64,000 nt of DNA from Octopus sinensis (taxonomy: Eukaryota): NCBI RefSeq assembly GCF_006345805.1, contig NC_043019.1, positions 9,547,360 to 9,611,359 of the forward strand, given 5' to 3'. The position numbers and the translations under genes were made by a program. How positions within the stretch are numbered: the first letter of the stretch is position 1; each line of letters opens with the position of its first letter. Below, in pieces: positions 1 to 13,789 of this stretch. The notes under the pieces were generated by a model, which did not search any database, had not been told where the DNA came from, and saw nothing but the letters and a program-made list of their open reading frames with translations.

Positions 1-392
1 GCAAAGGGTATGTGTGGAGTTATACCCTCAAAATATTCCACTGTCTTTTGTGTCTGTAAAGAAATAATTATATGCATACATGCATACATCAACATCATAT
101 GCACCTCAGAATATAATTGTACTTAAACATAAAACAAGTCACAGATCTGTGTGTGTAAACTGAGGATAGAGGTGTGCTAGACATTATTGTTGCTGTTGTT
201 GTTATTATTATTGTAAGGTAAACACGAACATATGTTGCAATGAATGGATAGGGTGTATAAATAGTGTCAAAACCCTCTAATCAAAATATAGATATACACA
301 CTCAGATTTATCTAACTTCTCACTCTTATACTGTGTCTCTCATTCTCTTTGTATTTTATACATATGCACACACACAAATTGGGGTAGTATGC

Positions 393-401
393 ATATATAC
401 A

Positions 402-457
<56 letters not shown>

Positions 458-581
458 GTATGCACATAGGTATAAGATGCACTTACATAATACATGCATA
501 TATACTTTATGTATCGATGTATATATATATATATACACACACATGCATATATTGTACATGTATGTATATTATATATATATA

Positions 582-622
<41 letters not shown>

Positions 623-650
623 AACACACATACATTCACACACACACAGA
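393..650. repeat. (TA)n/(CA)n microsatellite cluster
   Basis: Direct: long TA runs with interspersed TG/CA. Explains the IY-repeat ORFs at 264-798. Confidence 0.95.
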
Positions 651-660
651 TGTGTGTGAT

Positions 661-815
661 TATCATCATCATTGTTTAATGTCCGCCTTCTTTGCTGGCA
701 TGGGTAGGATGGTTTGGCATGAGCCGGCCAGGCAGACGTCTACACCAGACTTCTGGAACTGTTTTGACAGGATTTTTACAGCTGGATGCCCTTCTTAACA
801 CCAACCACTTAGCTA
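661..815 (-). mobile_element. (GAT)n-tailed retroposon 3' end (RTE-associated tail)
   Basis: Reads catcatcat-tttaatgtcc...cagctggatgcccttc-aaccac. This module recurs >15 times in the window and directly follows RTE ORF ends at 27.0-27.6 kb and 37.1-37.8 kb. Confidence 0.8.
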
Positions 816-818
816 AAT

Positions 819-873
<55 letters not shown>

Positions 874-876
<3 letters not shown>

Positions 877-922
877 CAACTCATGCCAGCATGGAAAGTG
901 GACGTTAAATGATGATGATGAT
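874..922 (+). mobile_element. Truncated (GAT)n-tailed retroposon end, inverted relative to 661-815
   Basis: gtccaactcatgccagcatggaaagtggacgttaaatgatgatgatg matches the tail at 37741-37788. Confidence 0.8.
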
Positions 923-949
923 TATATGTGTATATATGTGTGTGTGTGT

Positions 950-1305
950 GTGGTTCCAGGTTCACTTCCAATGCATGGTACCTTGGACAAGTGACTTCTA
1001 ATATAGCTTCACATTTGGTAGACAGAAATTAAAAGAAGCTCATTATATATATATATAATATGATATTATATATATTTTTATGTATATAAACACGCACACA
1101 TACACAATGAGCTTCTTTCATAAAAATATGTATATTTGTACCCATGACCACTGCTTGACAAACTGTGTTGGTTTGTCTATGTCTCCATAACTTATTGGTT
1201 CACCCAAAAAAAAAAAAAAAAAATAAGTACTGGGCTTGACTTGTTCAGCTAAAACTCTTCAAGGTGGTACCCTAACATGGCTGCAGTCCCCTAACTAAAA
1301 CAAGT
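950..1305 (+). mobile_element. Decayed tRNA-derived SINE (family A)
   Basis: ggttccaggttcacttcc...accttggacaagtgacttct head, internal microsatellite, then ataagtactgggct...catggctgcagtc tail. Same layout as 12344-12718. Confidence 0.65.
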
Positions 1306-2653
1306 ATATATATATAATGTCCCCAGAGCCTACTCCCAACAACCCTGTCTCCTTGTTTTGACATCACATGATAGTTGTAAGCAAGTGTCACAAGTAGTGC
1401 TGTTTGTTTCCAGTATTCTGTGAAAACATCATCTGCCCATGGTGAAATATGGCCTCTCTTAGAAATAGACGAAGGTTGGTAACTGAAGAGCATCTGCATG
1501 TAGAAAATCTGTTACAAAAGATTCTGTCTTACCCATTGCCAGCATGGAAAAGTTGATGTTAACACAATGTTAACGATGATACTTTCAATTCTTGTGTGTT
1601 CAAACAGACATCTATGTATTGTCTCTTCTCTTTTCAAATGATCTCATATACTATTATGTATTACAATGTGTATCTATAGACTTTCTGTTCACAGAGATAT
1701 TGCGTATAATATCAAGTTGTTACATCTCTCTGTTACATAGTGCTGGCTAAAATCTATAGATAGATTTTCAGTATATAACAGGATTGAAGTCTAATACTTA
1801 TAATGAGCCAGTAATCTATAAATCAAAATAGCCATCGTAACTGCATGAATGCAAATTATTTAAGCCCTAATATTAACGGGTGTATAATCAATGTTTCTAC
1901 ACACAGTTAATGGGGGTATTCAGTTGCTGATAAAACAGTATCAACATTTTTGAAACTGATACCTCTTTTTGCATCAGCAGATATATTGTATATGAAAAGG
2001 TGTTTAAATCTGTCCTATATATGCAGTATTGGTTAAAACTAGCAAATAATAGTTTTGAAACAGAACACAGCAAATGTATTAGCAATTTACATACTATGGG
2101 TATAAAATAAATGTGAATAATTGAAGTGCTTTCAAAGCTAGCTGTACATGTAGGTTCTGATATTTCCCAGTGAATCTACCTCTTTGTCACTCTGAGTAGA
2201 GCTCTCTGTATATCTCTTGTCCCCTCTCTCTCTCTCTATCACACACACATCTGTCTGTCAATCTCTCAATCACTCCTATTCTATGTTTCAATAACAATAT
2301 ATAAAGTATGTATATAATTAGTGCACAAGATATGAAATAAAAATACTAATTGCACAGTTGCAGACTCTAACACACACAGGTAACTCTTTCCCATCACCCC
2401 CTTCATTATATGCCATCTCTTTATATTCTATTCGTTCTGTCTCTTTTTTTCCTTGTCTACTTCTAATCTTCTCTCCTCCTTTGACTCTTTTCTACCTCCC
2501 TCTAGCTTGGTGTCATTCTCTTTATTGTTATCTACTATTTCTACTTCTGTGTGTGTTGTGTGTTGTGCGTGTGTGTGTGTGTGTTCTTTCAGTTCCTTTT
2601 TGCTCCTATGAAAAAAACGCCTCTGCACTCAAGAAAAAAAATGGATAAAGATG

Positions 2654-2717
<64 letters not shown>

Positions 2718-3958
2718 CTATCCAAATTTTCTTTCAAGACTGAGGCAAAGCAAAACGTCTTGTCATTCATTCGACATTCTCTTCCTTTTCCCTCTTCTCA
2801 TCACTTGTATTAGTAATATTGTAATAGCAAAATGCATCAAACAAAACTAAGCTAGAAACACACCAAATGTAGTCTTCTCTCTCTCCCTCCCCCCCTCTCT
2901 CTCTCTCTCACACACGCACACACACACACTCTATCTATCTATCTATCTATCTATCTTAGCTTGTGTGTGGATATGTGTGAAAGAGAAGTAGAAGTAATGG
3001 ATGAGTTACATTTAGCACTAGTGTGGTGGTGGTGGCAGAAGCCTGGTATTATTTGAAAGGAAAGTTAAAAAATAAAGAAATTTTACCCCACTGCCAACTG
3101 TATTTTTTTTTGTCAGTAATTGTTCTTGTTTGTAGTTTTCTTTTTACAATGAATGCTAAAAGGGAAGCTAGGAAGAGGGATGTGCAATGATAAAGAGAAA
3201 AGAAAAGGAAAGTAAATGAGAAAATGGGGGACAATGAATGTGAATCTTTTACTTTACTTTTCTGTTTTGATTTGTTATTTTATTTTCTATGGTGGTAGCA
3301 TGTGTTGGTAGGGTACTTTGTACTGGGTGGTGATGATAGGGTTTAATGATGTCTGCAGAGGAAGGGGATGAGTATCTTGCTGCCAGCTAAGAAGAAAAAC
3401 TTGTAATTAAACTCCTTAATCAACAACAATAGCAACAACAACAAAATACTATGCTTAAAAAAGAGGATGTCTCTCTTTTTAAAAGAAATGTTTGTGTGTG
3501 TGTGTGTGTGTATTTCATTCATTGCAGATTCAGATTTTTTTCCTTTCTCTTAGAATTGATTACACCAATGATATCATCGCTGTCATTATAACTGTTAAGA
3601 TCATCATCATCTTTACTATTATGCCATCATCATCATTCTCATCACTATCATCATATATTATCATTGCTACTACAATATCAACAATGAGATGGGCTTTGTG
3701 CTATTGTCATCATTATGTTGTTGATGTTTTTAAGCTATTGTCATCATCACTGCATTGATGAAATGTGATTAACATACTCTCAAATTCTTACAGCATGCAC
3801 ACACACACATACACACACACACACATGCATATTTGTAATTGTATGAGAGAATTTTATAGTTGTATGTAAGAGTTTGTATATCTGTGTTGGTTTATATTAC
3901 TAGGATGGCCAGACTAGCAGATGCTATAAAAATGTGTGTTTATCCATATCTACGTAAA

Positions 3959-5600
3959 TCATTATCGTTTACCATCCATATTCCATGCATGCATAGGTAG
4001 GATGGTTGACAGGAGCTGGCCAGGTAGAAAACTACCATAGACTACTGTGACAATTTTGGAAGGGTTTTTACAGCTCAATGACCTTCCTAACACCAACTAC
4101 TCTGCAGAGTGGACTCAGTGCTTTTTACATGGCACTAGCATAGGTAATGTTAGTTTTGGTATGATTTTTACGATTGGATGCCCCCTCCAAATGCCAACCA
4201 CTTTACAGTGTCGACTGGATGCTTTTTACGTAGTGCTGGCACTGGCAGGATCACCAAGTAATTCACAAGACAAGGAATTATGAGAGAGGTAGGGACATTA
4301 GAGGAGGAGAATTTGTGTCAGAGGATGAAAGGTTAGTGTGACAGAGAGGCAGAAACAGGTGTCTCACTATAACGGAAAGAGCATTGGAGAAGGTGACCCA
4401 GTAACTGATGATGAAAGTTTAGAGTGCAACAGAGAAATAGAGAGGCAGAAATAGGTGTCCTGCTATAGAGGAGGTACATGGATACCTGGTGAGATAGAGG
4501 AGATAGAGAGAGTGAGAAAGAAAGAAGAAGGATAAAGAGAGAGAGAAGAGAAAAAGAGGAAGAGAGAGACGGAGAACGAGGTAGAAGAAAGAGGATAGAA
4601 ACAGGTGTGCTGATGTAAAGGAGATACTTGGTTACCTAGTCAGAGGAAAAACAAGAGAAGGAGAGAGAGAGAGAAAGAATGAGGGCAGAAATAGGTGTGC
4701 TACTGTAGATATACGTGGCTACCCAGTCAGAGGGAAAAGTTAGGAAAGAGAGAGAGAATAGGAAACATCAGAAGTGAAACAGAGAGCAGGAGAGAGATGG
4801 TGAAGTGCCAGGGTCTGCTCACAAATAACAAGGATCAGAGCACAGATGTGATGGTAGAGTAAGGAAGTGAGTGTTTCAAAGGTCATAATATATGCAGTTA
4901 GATTTTGCCAAGACAACACAAGTTGGGAGTGAGGATTGCAGTGACTGGCAAAAACCTGATAAGAAAATTGGGATCTGGGAGAGAAGCAGTGATACAGAGC
5001 AGGAAAGGAGATTGAAAAACAATCATAGTTTATGAAGAGGAAATTATGTGTAGAAGAAAAAGATGCAGTTTAGAAGAGGAGATGTAGTTTGGTTTCTTAG
5101 GATAGGGTGTGTGAAAAGTTTGTGTTACATGTGGGTGGGACACAACTCCATAGCACTCAGTTTTCGTTGATGTGGGTGGGTCTGCTCATATCATCAAACA
5201 TCTTGGTCCATTGTCATTTCCTCTGTGAGCCCCAACATCCTAAGACCGGCCCACACCACTTCATTTTATGTCTTCCTGGGTTTCCCTCTTCCACAGGTAC
5301 CACCCACTTGCAGTGACAAGCACTTCTGTATACAGCTGTTTTTATCCATTTGCATCACACGTTCAAACCACTGCATTCTCCTCTTCTGCATAGCACATGT
5401 AGTCCCTCTTATGTTTAACTCTTCTCTCAACACAGTTGTGCTTTGTTGGTCATGCACACTGATGTTGCAAATCCAACAGAGCGTACTACCTTCATTCCTC
5501 TGCAGTTAGAACTCATGTCTCACTACCATGTAATATAGCCATTCTGACACAAGCGTCATACAATTTACCTTTCATTGTGAGAGAGAGTCCTTTTATAAGA
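3959..5600 (-). mobile_element. RTE LINE 3' end with long (~1.2 kb) 3'UTR (type B)
   Basis: ORF 5266-5457(-) ends in ...QWFERVMQMDKNSCIQKCLSLQVGGTCGRGKPRKT, the RTE C-terminal GRPRKTW motif. A sub-repeated purine-rich segment and the (GAT)n tail follow. Same layout at 50606-51820. Confidence 0.75.
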
Positions 5601-6786
5601 AGGGAAATAAGAAAATAAAAGGCTGATGGAGAGAGGTAGGAGAGTACTGTAGGATTATATTTTGTTCTCAGATTACTAGGTCCATGGGCATTTCATCCCT
5701 TACACTTCTGACTTAAGCCATAACACTCCACACACACACACACACACACATACACACACTCCATTGTGTTGACATACAGATATCTTTATCATGCTGATAT
5801 CATTTTTGTTGTTGCCAGTTAGATGGATGGATGACTGGCTGGCTGGCTGGCTGGATGGATGGATGGATGGATGGATGGATGGATGATTGTGACTCAAGAA
5901 AACAAGCAAATGCTCAAAAATATCCAGTGACAAATTCCATTTTTCCCTGTGTAAATGTTTACAGTAATGCATACACAAACACTTGCATACACTCACTCAC
6001 AGTGTGTGAGTGTATGCGTTTATATGTATCATGATTATAACTTTTTGAAATGTGAGCTACTTTGATCTTAGATAAAAGGTGAGAAGCAATCTTTAGTCTA
6101 AGAAGAAAGCATAGCTTTTAAATTCTTAAAATTTATCAGAGCAAAATTACAGACCAAATCTCAGAATTAGTGGTCATAATTTACAGTTTATACTTGCAGT
6201 GAATCCCATAACCTAAGGTATCCATAATGTGAAAGATACCTGTATATATTTTCGTTTTGTTTGTCTAGTTATCTCATCAAGGTAGGACAACTGCAGTATT
6301 GACAATGCTCCATTTCTATAGCTGTCCTTTTGTCTCTAGACAATCTAATTATTTTTTTCCTGAATGACATTTCAGTTTCAGAGAAAATTCTTAGTTCTTG
6401 AGATTATTCTTCTTCATTCTCATTTGGAGACAGTCACAATTGCCACAAAGCATTTGTTTATTCTTTTCTCAAAGGAAAAATCATTTCAATAATGAAGTTT
6501 GAATGAAGTTTGGTATATCTTTATTCAATTTTATTGTTCTTATATATAGATATATAAATATCTTTTTCTCTCACTCTCTCTCTCATGAATACTGGATTTG
6601 ATTGGATGGCCTATGTTCAGTCCACTGCAGGATGAAGGCCTCAGCTTGTTCTCTCCACTAACCACATTCTGATGTACAAGCTGTTAACTTGAGCTTGAGA
6701 TCATACTGGTTTGATGAGCCTACTCTGCCACACTGGCTTGACATAACTTGGCAGAGGACAGGCAGTTTTATACTCTCACCCAGGGG

Positions 6787-6932
6787 CAATTAAGTCAATT
6801 ACACCAACTCCAGTATTTGCCTGGTATTTATTTTATCGACCCCAAAAGAATGAAAGACTGGGCAGAATTTGAACTCAGAATGGAAGGGCAGATAAAATAC
6901 TGCTAAGCATTTTGCCTGATGTGTTAACGATT
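6787..6932 (-). mobile_element. Nin/Deu-domain SINE (family B)
   Basis: Reverse complement contains ctgagttcaaattctg...tttcattcttttggggtcgataaaataa-taccag, as in 10047-10243. Confidence 0.7.
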
Positions 6933-7450
6933 GTCTCAAATGCACATATATGTATATATCAACCCATGCTAGCATGGAAAACGGATGTTAAACGATGATG
7001 ATGATGATATATAAAATATATGCATGCAACAATATTAATGGTCAACTCAGTAATGCCACAAAAACCAGCTATGAAGTCAGTTAGTGATTAATAGTCACAG
7101 TGACAATGTCTAGTTCACCAAGTTGAAGTTTCCACAGTGCTAATATTTCACTGATGCATACAATGGTACCAGAGTCAAACTGATGAGTGTTCCATTAAAT
7201 TGCAGCGTTGCAATTTCAGTTTGATCCATGCAGAAAAGAAAGTAAATTGTTCCATGTCAAAAAGGGTCAGGTGCAGAACTGACTAACAATTATAGTATCT
7301 GCCTAGAAGAACACAAGTTGCAACTGGAACCAAAATTTGGGTGTCACAAAATATTTAGATAGAGGGAAAGAACTGTACTGTACTTTACTGTGTATTGTTT
7401 GTTCATACTGATATATATGTATATATTTATGTGTGTGTGTGTAGGTCTGA

Positions 7451-7880
7451 AAGAAATGAAACCAGTATACTTCACTGAATGTGCAATGTCAGTGTGCATG
7501 TTCAACAGAGTGTAAGCATCTTGAGAGAAAAGTTGGGCTTAAGAAGCATCAGATGTGGTATGCAAGAGAGACGACTGTGCTGGTATGGTCATATGATGCA
7601 TATGGATGAGGACACCAATTTCTAACTGAGGAGGACATGGGACAAGGTGGTGAAACATGATCTCACAGAGGCAATGATTAGTGATCAAGACCTTTGGTGA
7701 TGTGCTGTGCTTGAGAAGACCGATCAAGCCAAGTAAAATCATAGACGTGGCTGATGCTGGTTTCACATAAAAATACTTTTTGAGCATTGGGCCTCACAGA
7801 AGCAAAGTGGCCAATGCCAGTAGCACGTAGAAAGCTCTTTTTGAGTGTTGGGCCTTACAGAGGCAATGACAAATGACCTG
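7451..7880 (+). mobile_element. RTE LINE 3' fragment
   Basis: Near-identical in sequence to 36780-37100 (agaagcatcagatgtggtatgcaagagagacgactgtgctggtatggtcat), with an internal deletion. Confidence 0.85.
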
Positions 7881-8211
7881 TTCTCTCTTATACTCAGCTT
7901 ATTGTACTTTGTGAGTATGCCCTGATACATTACCCCCACCATCTTTATCCTTCTTTTCATCTATTACCATCTTCTATAATGCTGGGTAGACGACATGTAT
8001 CCCCTCTACAGCAAGACATCTGTTCCTCTCCTATCATATTTTAATCTCTCCTTTTCAAATGTGTTACCACTCAGTCAAGAGGCTTTTTCTTTGTCTTGCA
8101 AGTTACTTAGTGATCTCACTAGTGCCAGTGCCACAGCAAAAAAAAACTATTTATCTTTCACTGGATGGGGTACCTTTTTTGTTGTTGCTTGTACCTATCT
8201 TGGAACTGTTA

Positions 8212-8251
<40 letters not shown>

Positions 8252-10046
8252 GATATATACATATATATATAAATACACACGCACGTGCACATTTTCCCAT
8301 TCTTTCTACATATTTTATTTATGAATTCATGCTCTTTTGACATACAATTTTTCAGTTCTTACTTTGGATGTATGTACACATATCTATTAATATGTATGAG
8401 TGTGTATGTGTGCGTTTGTGTTTTAGGCAAACTTTTACACACATGTAGACAAACAGAATCCCATAACAGTGTCTCTTGATTACAGTAATTTGTTGGGATG
8501 GTAAACGGTAAAATTAAAGGGAGTAAAAAAAGACAACCCAATAAATTATAGACATCTAGAAACTAAGTAAACTAGAAGAAAACCTAAAATGAGCATCTTA
8601 AATGCAGATACCAGCACCAGCCCCTCCACCTCCACCACCACATCTCATCATCATCCCCACCATCATCAACTGTAATAAGAATAAAAATGTTTCAGTTGTG
8701 ACCATTCCATCTTCTTTATATCTTCAACTGCATTGCCAGATATCCTTTCTTTTTCAAAACAATGCCATGGTGTGATTTGAGGGAGATATTGTAAAGGCTC
8801 CTTAATTGCCTCTGAAGGAGTGTCAGAGAATAAGTGTTGGGATCAAGTCAAGTACAAAAAAACAAAAACAAATGCTTACAAAATTATAGGTTTTGTACCA
8901 ACATAAATTATTCATATAACAAGCCAATCCAGGAGCCTCTATGTAGTTGTATATTTGCTATAAACAACAGTCAAACCTCCATCAATTCTTACACTACTGT
9001 TTTAAAAATGGGAAGGGTACATTGGTTATGTAGTGTCTGACATACTATGTATATGAATAAAAAACAGGATGGTCATGGATTGCAATATCATGCTTATCAT
9101 TGTGCCACTGTGAGAAATCACTATTAATATCATTTAAATTATAGTATACATTGTCAACATTTACATGTGTGATTTCAGCAGAACATCAGGTACACCTCCA
9201 TATTACTGAAATGTGCACAATATAATTATTATTATTGTGTCCATCATCTACTACTGGTTGACCGTTGTGCCTTGGCCCAAACCCTGTCCGATTATATTGG
9301 AGTGTATACTCTTCCACTTGTTATGGAATGGACATACTCTGATGGCCAGGCAGTCTATTTGCATGGTGGCCTGGTCATGTCCGATATGCATACAGGGCAA
9401 CAAAACCATCCTGCATGCACTCATCCAATGCCTGAGCATTGTTGACATGTGTGGGTTTATGTCAAAAACCTGCTTTCATGTGTGGGACAGATCTGACTAT
9501 CAACTGAATCCATTGTGAAGATTGCCTCATCACTTTTTAACCAGGAAGAGCAGTTTCTCTTTATATGCCTGGTGGCCATGGTGAAAGAGGTTGTATGGTG
9601 GACGAGATTAAAGGGGCTGAAGACAAAAACATTTCTCTTTGGTCAACTTCTTCAGGTTTCACTTAAAGAGGAAAATAAGGGTGAAGAGGGAAGTTATGCC
9701 TTCTAGCCATTTTGCTGAAAGGTGAATGTGAGTGACAAGAATGGTGCTAGTGAACGTGCATGCCCTAAGTATACACCTGCAATCAAAGTAAAGAAAATGA
9801 GAAAAGGGACCTAACTCAGAAGTCAGGGCACCCATGGAGTTTTTCCATAAGCAGGCCTCAAATGTCTCCTCCTCTCTATTGTGGACAATACATTGTTAAA
9901 ATTGTTTTCTTTTCCATTATTCTAAACCTGTTTACATGCAAATCCCTCACAAACACACACACATTCTTGTCCTGTACCGTCCAAAATGTTTTTCTTAATG
10001 TAAGCACTTTTGTGATCAATAAAGAAATCATTATTATTATCACTGT

Positions 10047-10243
10047 TAGCATGCCGGGCAAAATGTTTAGTGATGTTTTGTCTGTGTCTACACTCTGAGT
10101 TCAAATTCTGCCGAGATCAACTTTGCCTTTCATCCTTTCGGGGTCGCTTAAATAAGTACCAATCACGCACTGTGGTCGATGTAATCAACTTAACCCCTTC
10201 ACCCAAGTTTGAGGCCTTGTGCCTGTAGTATAAAAGATTATTA
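10047..10243 (+). mobile_element. Nin/Deu-domain SINE (family B)
   Basis: ctgagttcaaattctgccgag (B-box-like) + tttgcctttcatcctttcggggtc...aagtacca (Deu/Nin core as I recall it) + (ATT/CAT)n tail. About 9 copies in the window. Confidence 0.8.
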
Positions 10244-11211
10244 TCATCATCATCATCATCATCATTATGTAATTGATGTTCTCAGTTCAGTATCAGTGAC
10301 TAACTTAGACTTAAACACATACACATAATCACACATGTGTCGGTGCATGATAGCCTCTACACCACATAATCTCAGCACCAAAGGATTTGTGCCTAGCCAT
10401 GAGAAAAGAAAATCATTTCAAATATTTTTATCAAATCCTCAATATATCTCATCATTTCTCCTTCTCTCTCTTTCCAGTATTACTTTATTTTTCCTTTTTT
10501 TTCTCTTTCTTCTTTTCTTTTTGCTTTCACTTTCTTTTCTCTTTCTTTTCTGTTTTCTGTTCCATCTCTACAAATTCTCTCTTCTGTCTCTTTTCTTCTT
10601 TTCCTCTTCACTTCTTCATCTCTAATGAAAGAAAAGTAATAAGTTATCTGTAGTCTCTCCATTCACTGTGACAAATGCTAAAGATGATTAAAAGACATAT
10701 TGGCATCACATTCATTTCTGTTGAAGTCATCCATTAGACACCCTTCTGGAATTGCCTCCCCACTTCTTTCCCCATTCTCTCTTTATATCCTGTCTCTCCC
10801 TATACATGGTGTGTATCTTGCTATGTATGGTGACTGTGTGTATTTAATGGTGCATTATTTAATATAACTGTGAGAGTACACATACACACACACATACATT
10901 TAATACGTTTGTGAAGTTTTGGATTAAACCCTCTCCAAAAGCTCTCTCCCTCTTTCTCTTATCTCCATTTCTTCCACATGAGTGTGTATGTATGTGTGTG
11001 GTGTATGTGGAGGGATTGGTTTGACACTCTTGGGGAATGGACCCCCTCCCTTGCTATATTACTGTGTATGTGTGTGTATAGGTGGCTGTGTGTGTGAGAG
11101 ATTGAACAGTGAGGCTGTGTTAAGTCATCGATTAGATTCTCTTATGGAATAGTTTCTTCATTTTTGTGTGTCTGTATGTAAAGTTTTCACTTTCTTTAAA
11201 TTTTATGTTTT

Positions 11212-11245
<34 letters not shown>

Positions 11246-11389
11246 TGTGTTTGATGTGCATGTCTGTGTACATATATGTAGTCTGTATAGACATGTTTCT
11301 ATATATCTGAGTGTGTATCAAAGGTACAATGATATGGAATATGTCTGTTGCATGTGTTATTTGTTGTGTATGTAAGTTATTGATTATGC

Positions 11390-11423
<34 letters not shown>

Positions 11424-12343
11424 ATTTGTGTGTGTGTTTATGTTATTGATTCTCTAGTTGAGTGTTATTGTGTTTGTCTCTGAGAGGTAATAATTTTGTC
11501 TGCGCACGTGTGTGTGTGTGTGTGTCTGCCATATTGATCCTGTATGTGTGCCTGTGTGTTATTGATTTTATGTGTCTGAGTGATATTGATTCTCTCCGTG
11601 TATATATGTGTTTCTAAGTATGTAAGAAATTGGGAGAAATTTTGATTGTGCGTGTATTGTGTATCATATTGATTCTCTTTGTGTGTGTGTGTGCATTATT
11701 GATTTCTTGTGTGTTTTATTGTGTTTTGCTTGTGTGTTTCACTCTGAGTATATGTCTTTCTATTTCTACACATATCATGGATGATGATGATATTTTTGAC
11801 ACACACATATATGTGTGTGTGTGGGGGGATGTATGTACACATCAATGTATGTGTTCATGCATCTTTCCTTAGAGTGTATGCAACTGTATGCTTGTTTGTA
11901 TATGTTTTGTTTTGTTTTTGTTTTCTTTTGTGTGTGTGTGTGTGTGTTTGATATTTGTAGAGCTAAAGGCAAACGTTACTTGATACAGTCACAGCTATGG
12001 TATGTTGTGTAGTTACGTGTGTGTGTTAGGTTGTGTATGTGAGTGTGTAAATGTGTTTACGTGATAGCGAATCACTGAGTTCACATGTGTATGGAAACTT
12101 ATTGAAGTTTGAGAGTAAGTGCTCAGGCATATGTGTGAGTGGATGATATGTGCATGTTGTTTGTATTCATATATCTACATTGGTGTTGTATATATATTTC
12201 TGTGAGTGTATGTATACATATGCTTACAAATTCACCTGTTTCTGTGCACACAATTGTAATGTAAGCATGAAGAATTGCTTATTGTAGCCTTTGATTCATA
12301 TGCATGTTTCTGAGTGGATATGTGCACATTGTGTGAATATATA

Positions 12344-12718
12344 CTCTTCACTCTTTTACTTGTTTCAGTCATGTGACTGTGGACATGCTGGAGCACAGCC
12401 TTTAGTTGAGCAAATTGACCCCAGGACTTATTCTTTGTAAGCCTAGTACTTATTCTATCGGTCTCTTTTGCCAAACCGCTAAGTTACAGGGACATAAACA
12501 CACCAGCATTAGTTGTCAAGACGCACAAACACACACACACATATATACATATATACGACAGGCTTTTTTCAGTTTCTGTCTACCAAATCCACTCACAAGG
12601 CTTTAGTCAAACCAAAGCTATAGTAGAAGACACTTGCCCAAGGTGCCATGCAGTGGGACTGAACCCAGAACCATGTGGTTCGTAAGTAAGCTACTTACTG
12701 CACAGCCACTCCTACACC
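12344..12718 (-). mobile_element. Full-length tRNA-derived SINE (family A)
   Basis: On the minus strand: tRNA-like head (gtggctgtgcagtaag...gggttcagtccc), ccttgggcaagtgtctt core, internal (TA/TG)n, and aagtaaaagag tail. Confidence 0.85.
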
Positions 12719-12754
12719 TATTTGCATTATGTATAGATGTATAAAAAGAGCAGG

Positions 12755-12860
12755 CATGCTTGTTTGGCTAAGAAATTTACTTGCCAACCACATGGCTCAG
12801 GTTCAGTCCCACTGCATGGCCCCTTGGACAAGTGTCATCTTCTACAGTCTTGGGCCATCC
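12755..12860 (+). mobile_element. SINE family A head fragment, divergent to 12344-12718
   Basis: ccaaccacatggctcaggttcagtcccactgcatggccccttggacaagtgtcatct. Confidence 0.75.
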
Positions 12861-13494
12861 CAGGTCAGAAGAGACTTGGAAGTAATGGTAATTAACGGAT
12901 GACTGCACACTCTCTACAACTCCAGAACTCCCAAACTGGATCTTCACCACTGCATGCAGTTTAATTGTATAGATATTTTATTATGCATAAAGGGTAATGA
13001 GGAACAGGTTATTTTTCTTCAATTAATCACTTTGAATACAGTTTGGTTCAAGTATTGAACTAAAAATCTCAATGTTTTTCATTCACGGATTTTCTATGTG
13101 TATCTTCCTCAGAATTACAAAACATAATGTGATACATAAATTTCTATAGTCTTGATTTAATGAATTTTAATGAACAGGATAGAGTTAGCAACTGATTAGT
13201 GTCCAGCGCTTAACATGAAAGAATATACAGCAGATATGATAATAGAAATATACGAGGTGGTACTCTGATGTGGCATTCATCATCACTAAAACAAACTTAA
13301 TCAATCAAAGCACATAAATATATAAATATATAAAGATGCATAAACATGTGTGTGTGCATATATATGTATAAATACTTACACACACGCATATATACATATA
13401 TGCATATGTATATATATGTAGATAACAGTCAGCTGTCCATAAGTCAGAAAAAAGCACACTCTAAAAGAAATTTTGAACAGTTACATTTTATATA

Positions 13495-13776
13495 ATTGAG
13501 CAGTGTATCCTTGGTTATGTCTTCTGTTGCACTTGGAAATATTGGTGACTCATCAGACCTGCTGGCTGGAAGGACATAACTTCTGTATTAATGGAAGTGA
13601 ATATACAGTTTTGATTTGACCAAGACAGTCTACGTATCTCCTTTTATAAAGCAGCAATGTCTTTTCAGCTTGTAGGTCTGATGAATAACCATTATTGCCA
13701 AATATATCAGTAGATGTGAAACTAATGTTAACTTTCTGACCAGTTATATATCATAAGCAAGGATACACTGCTTGAT
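13495..13776. mobile_element. MITE with ~25-bp TIRs
   Basis: attgagcagtgtatccttggttatg (13495-13519) vs the reverse complement of 13752-13776, atcaagcagtgtatccttgcttatg. A second internal inverted pair sits at ~13550 and ~13670. Confidence 0.7.
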
Positions 13777-13789
13777 TACATAAAAATAA

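Noticed and set aside
7169-7225. CTGATGAG inside a hairpin (hammerhead or pre-miRNA)
   Set aside because: No GAAA/GUH half, and a 13-nt asymmetric bulge is unlike a miRNA precursor.
9213-9850. Possible LINE tail or exon cluster
   Set aside because: Slightly GC-richer than its surroundings, but no frame gave a motif I could assign.
13545-13690. Two GGTCTGATGA motifs
   Set aside because: They are the internal inverted repeat of the 13495-13776 MITE, with no downstream GAAA or stem II.
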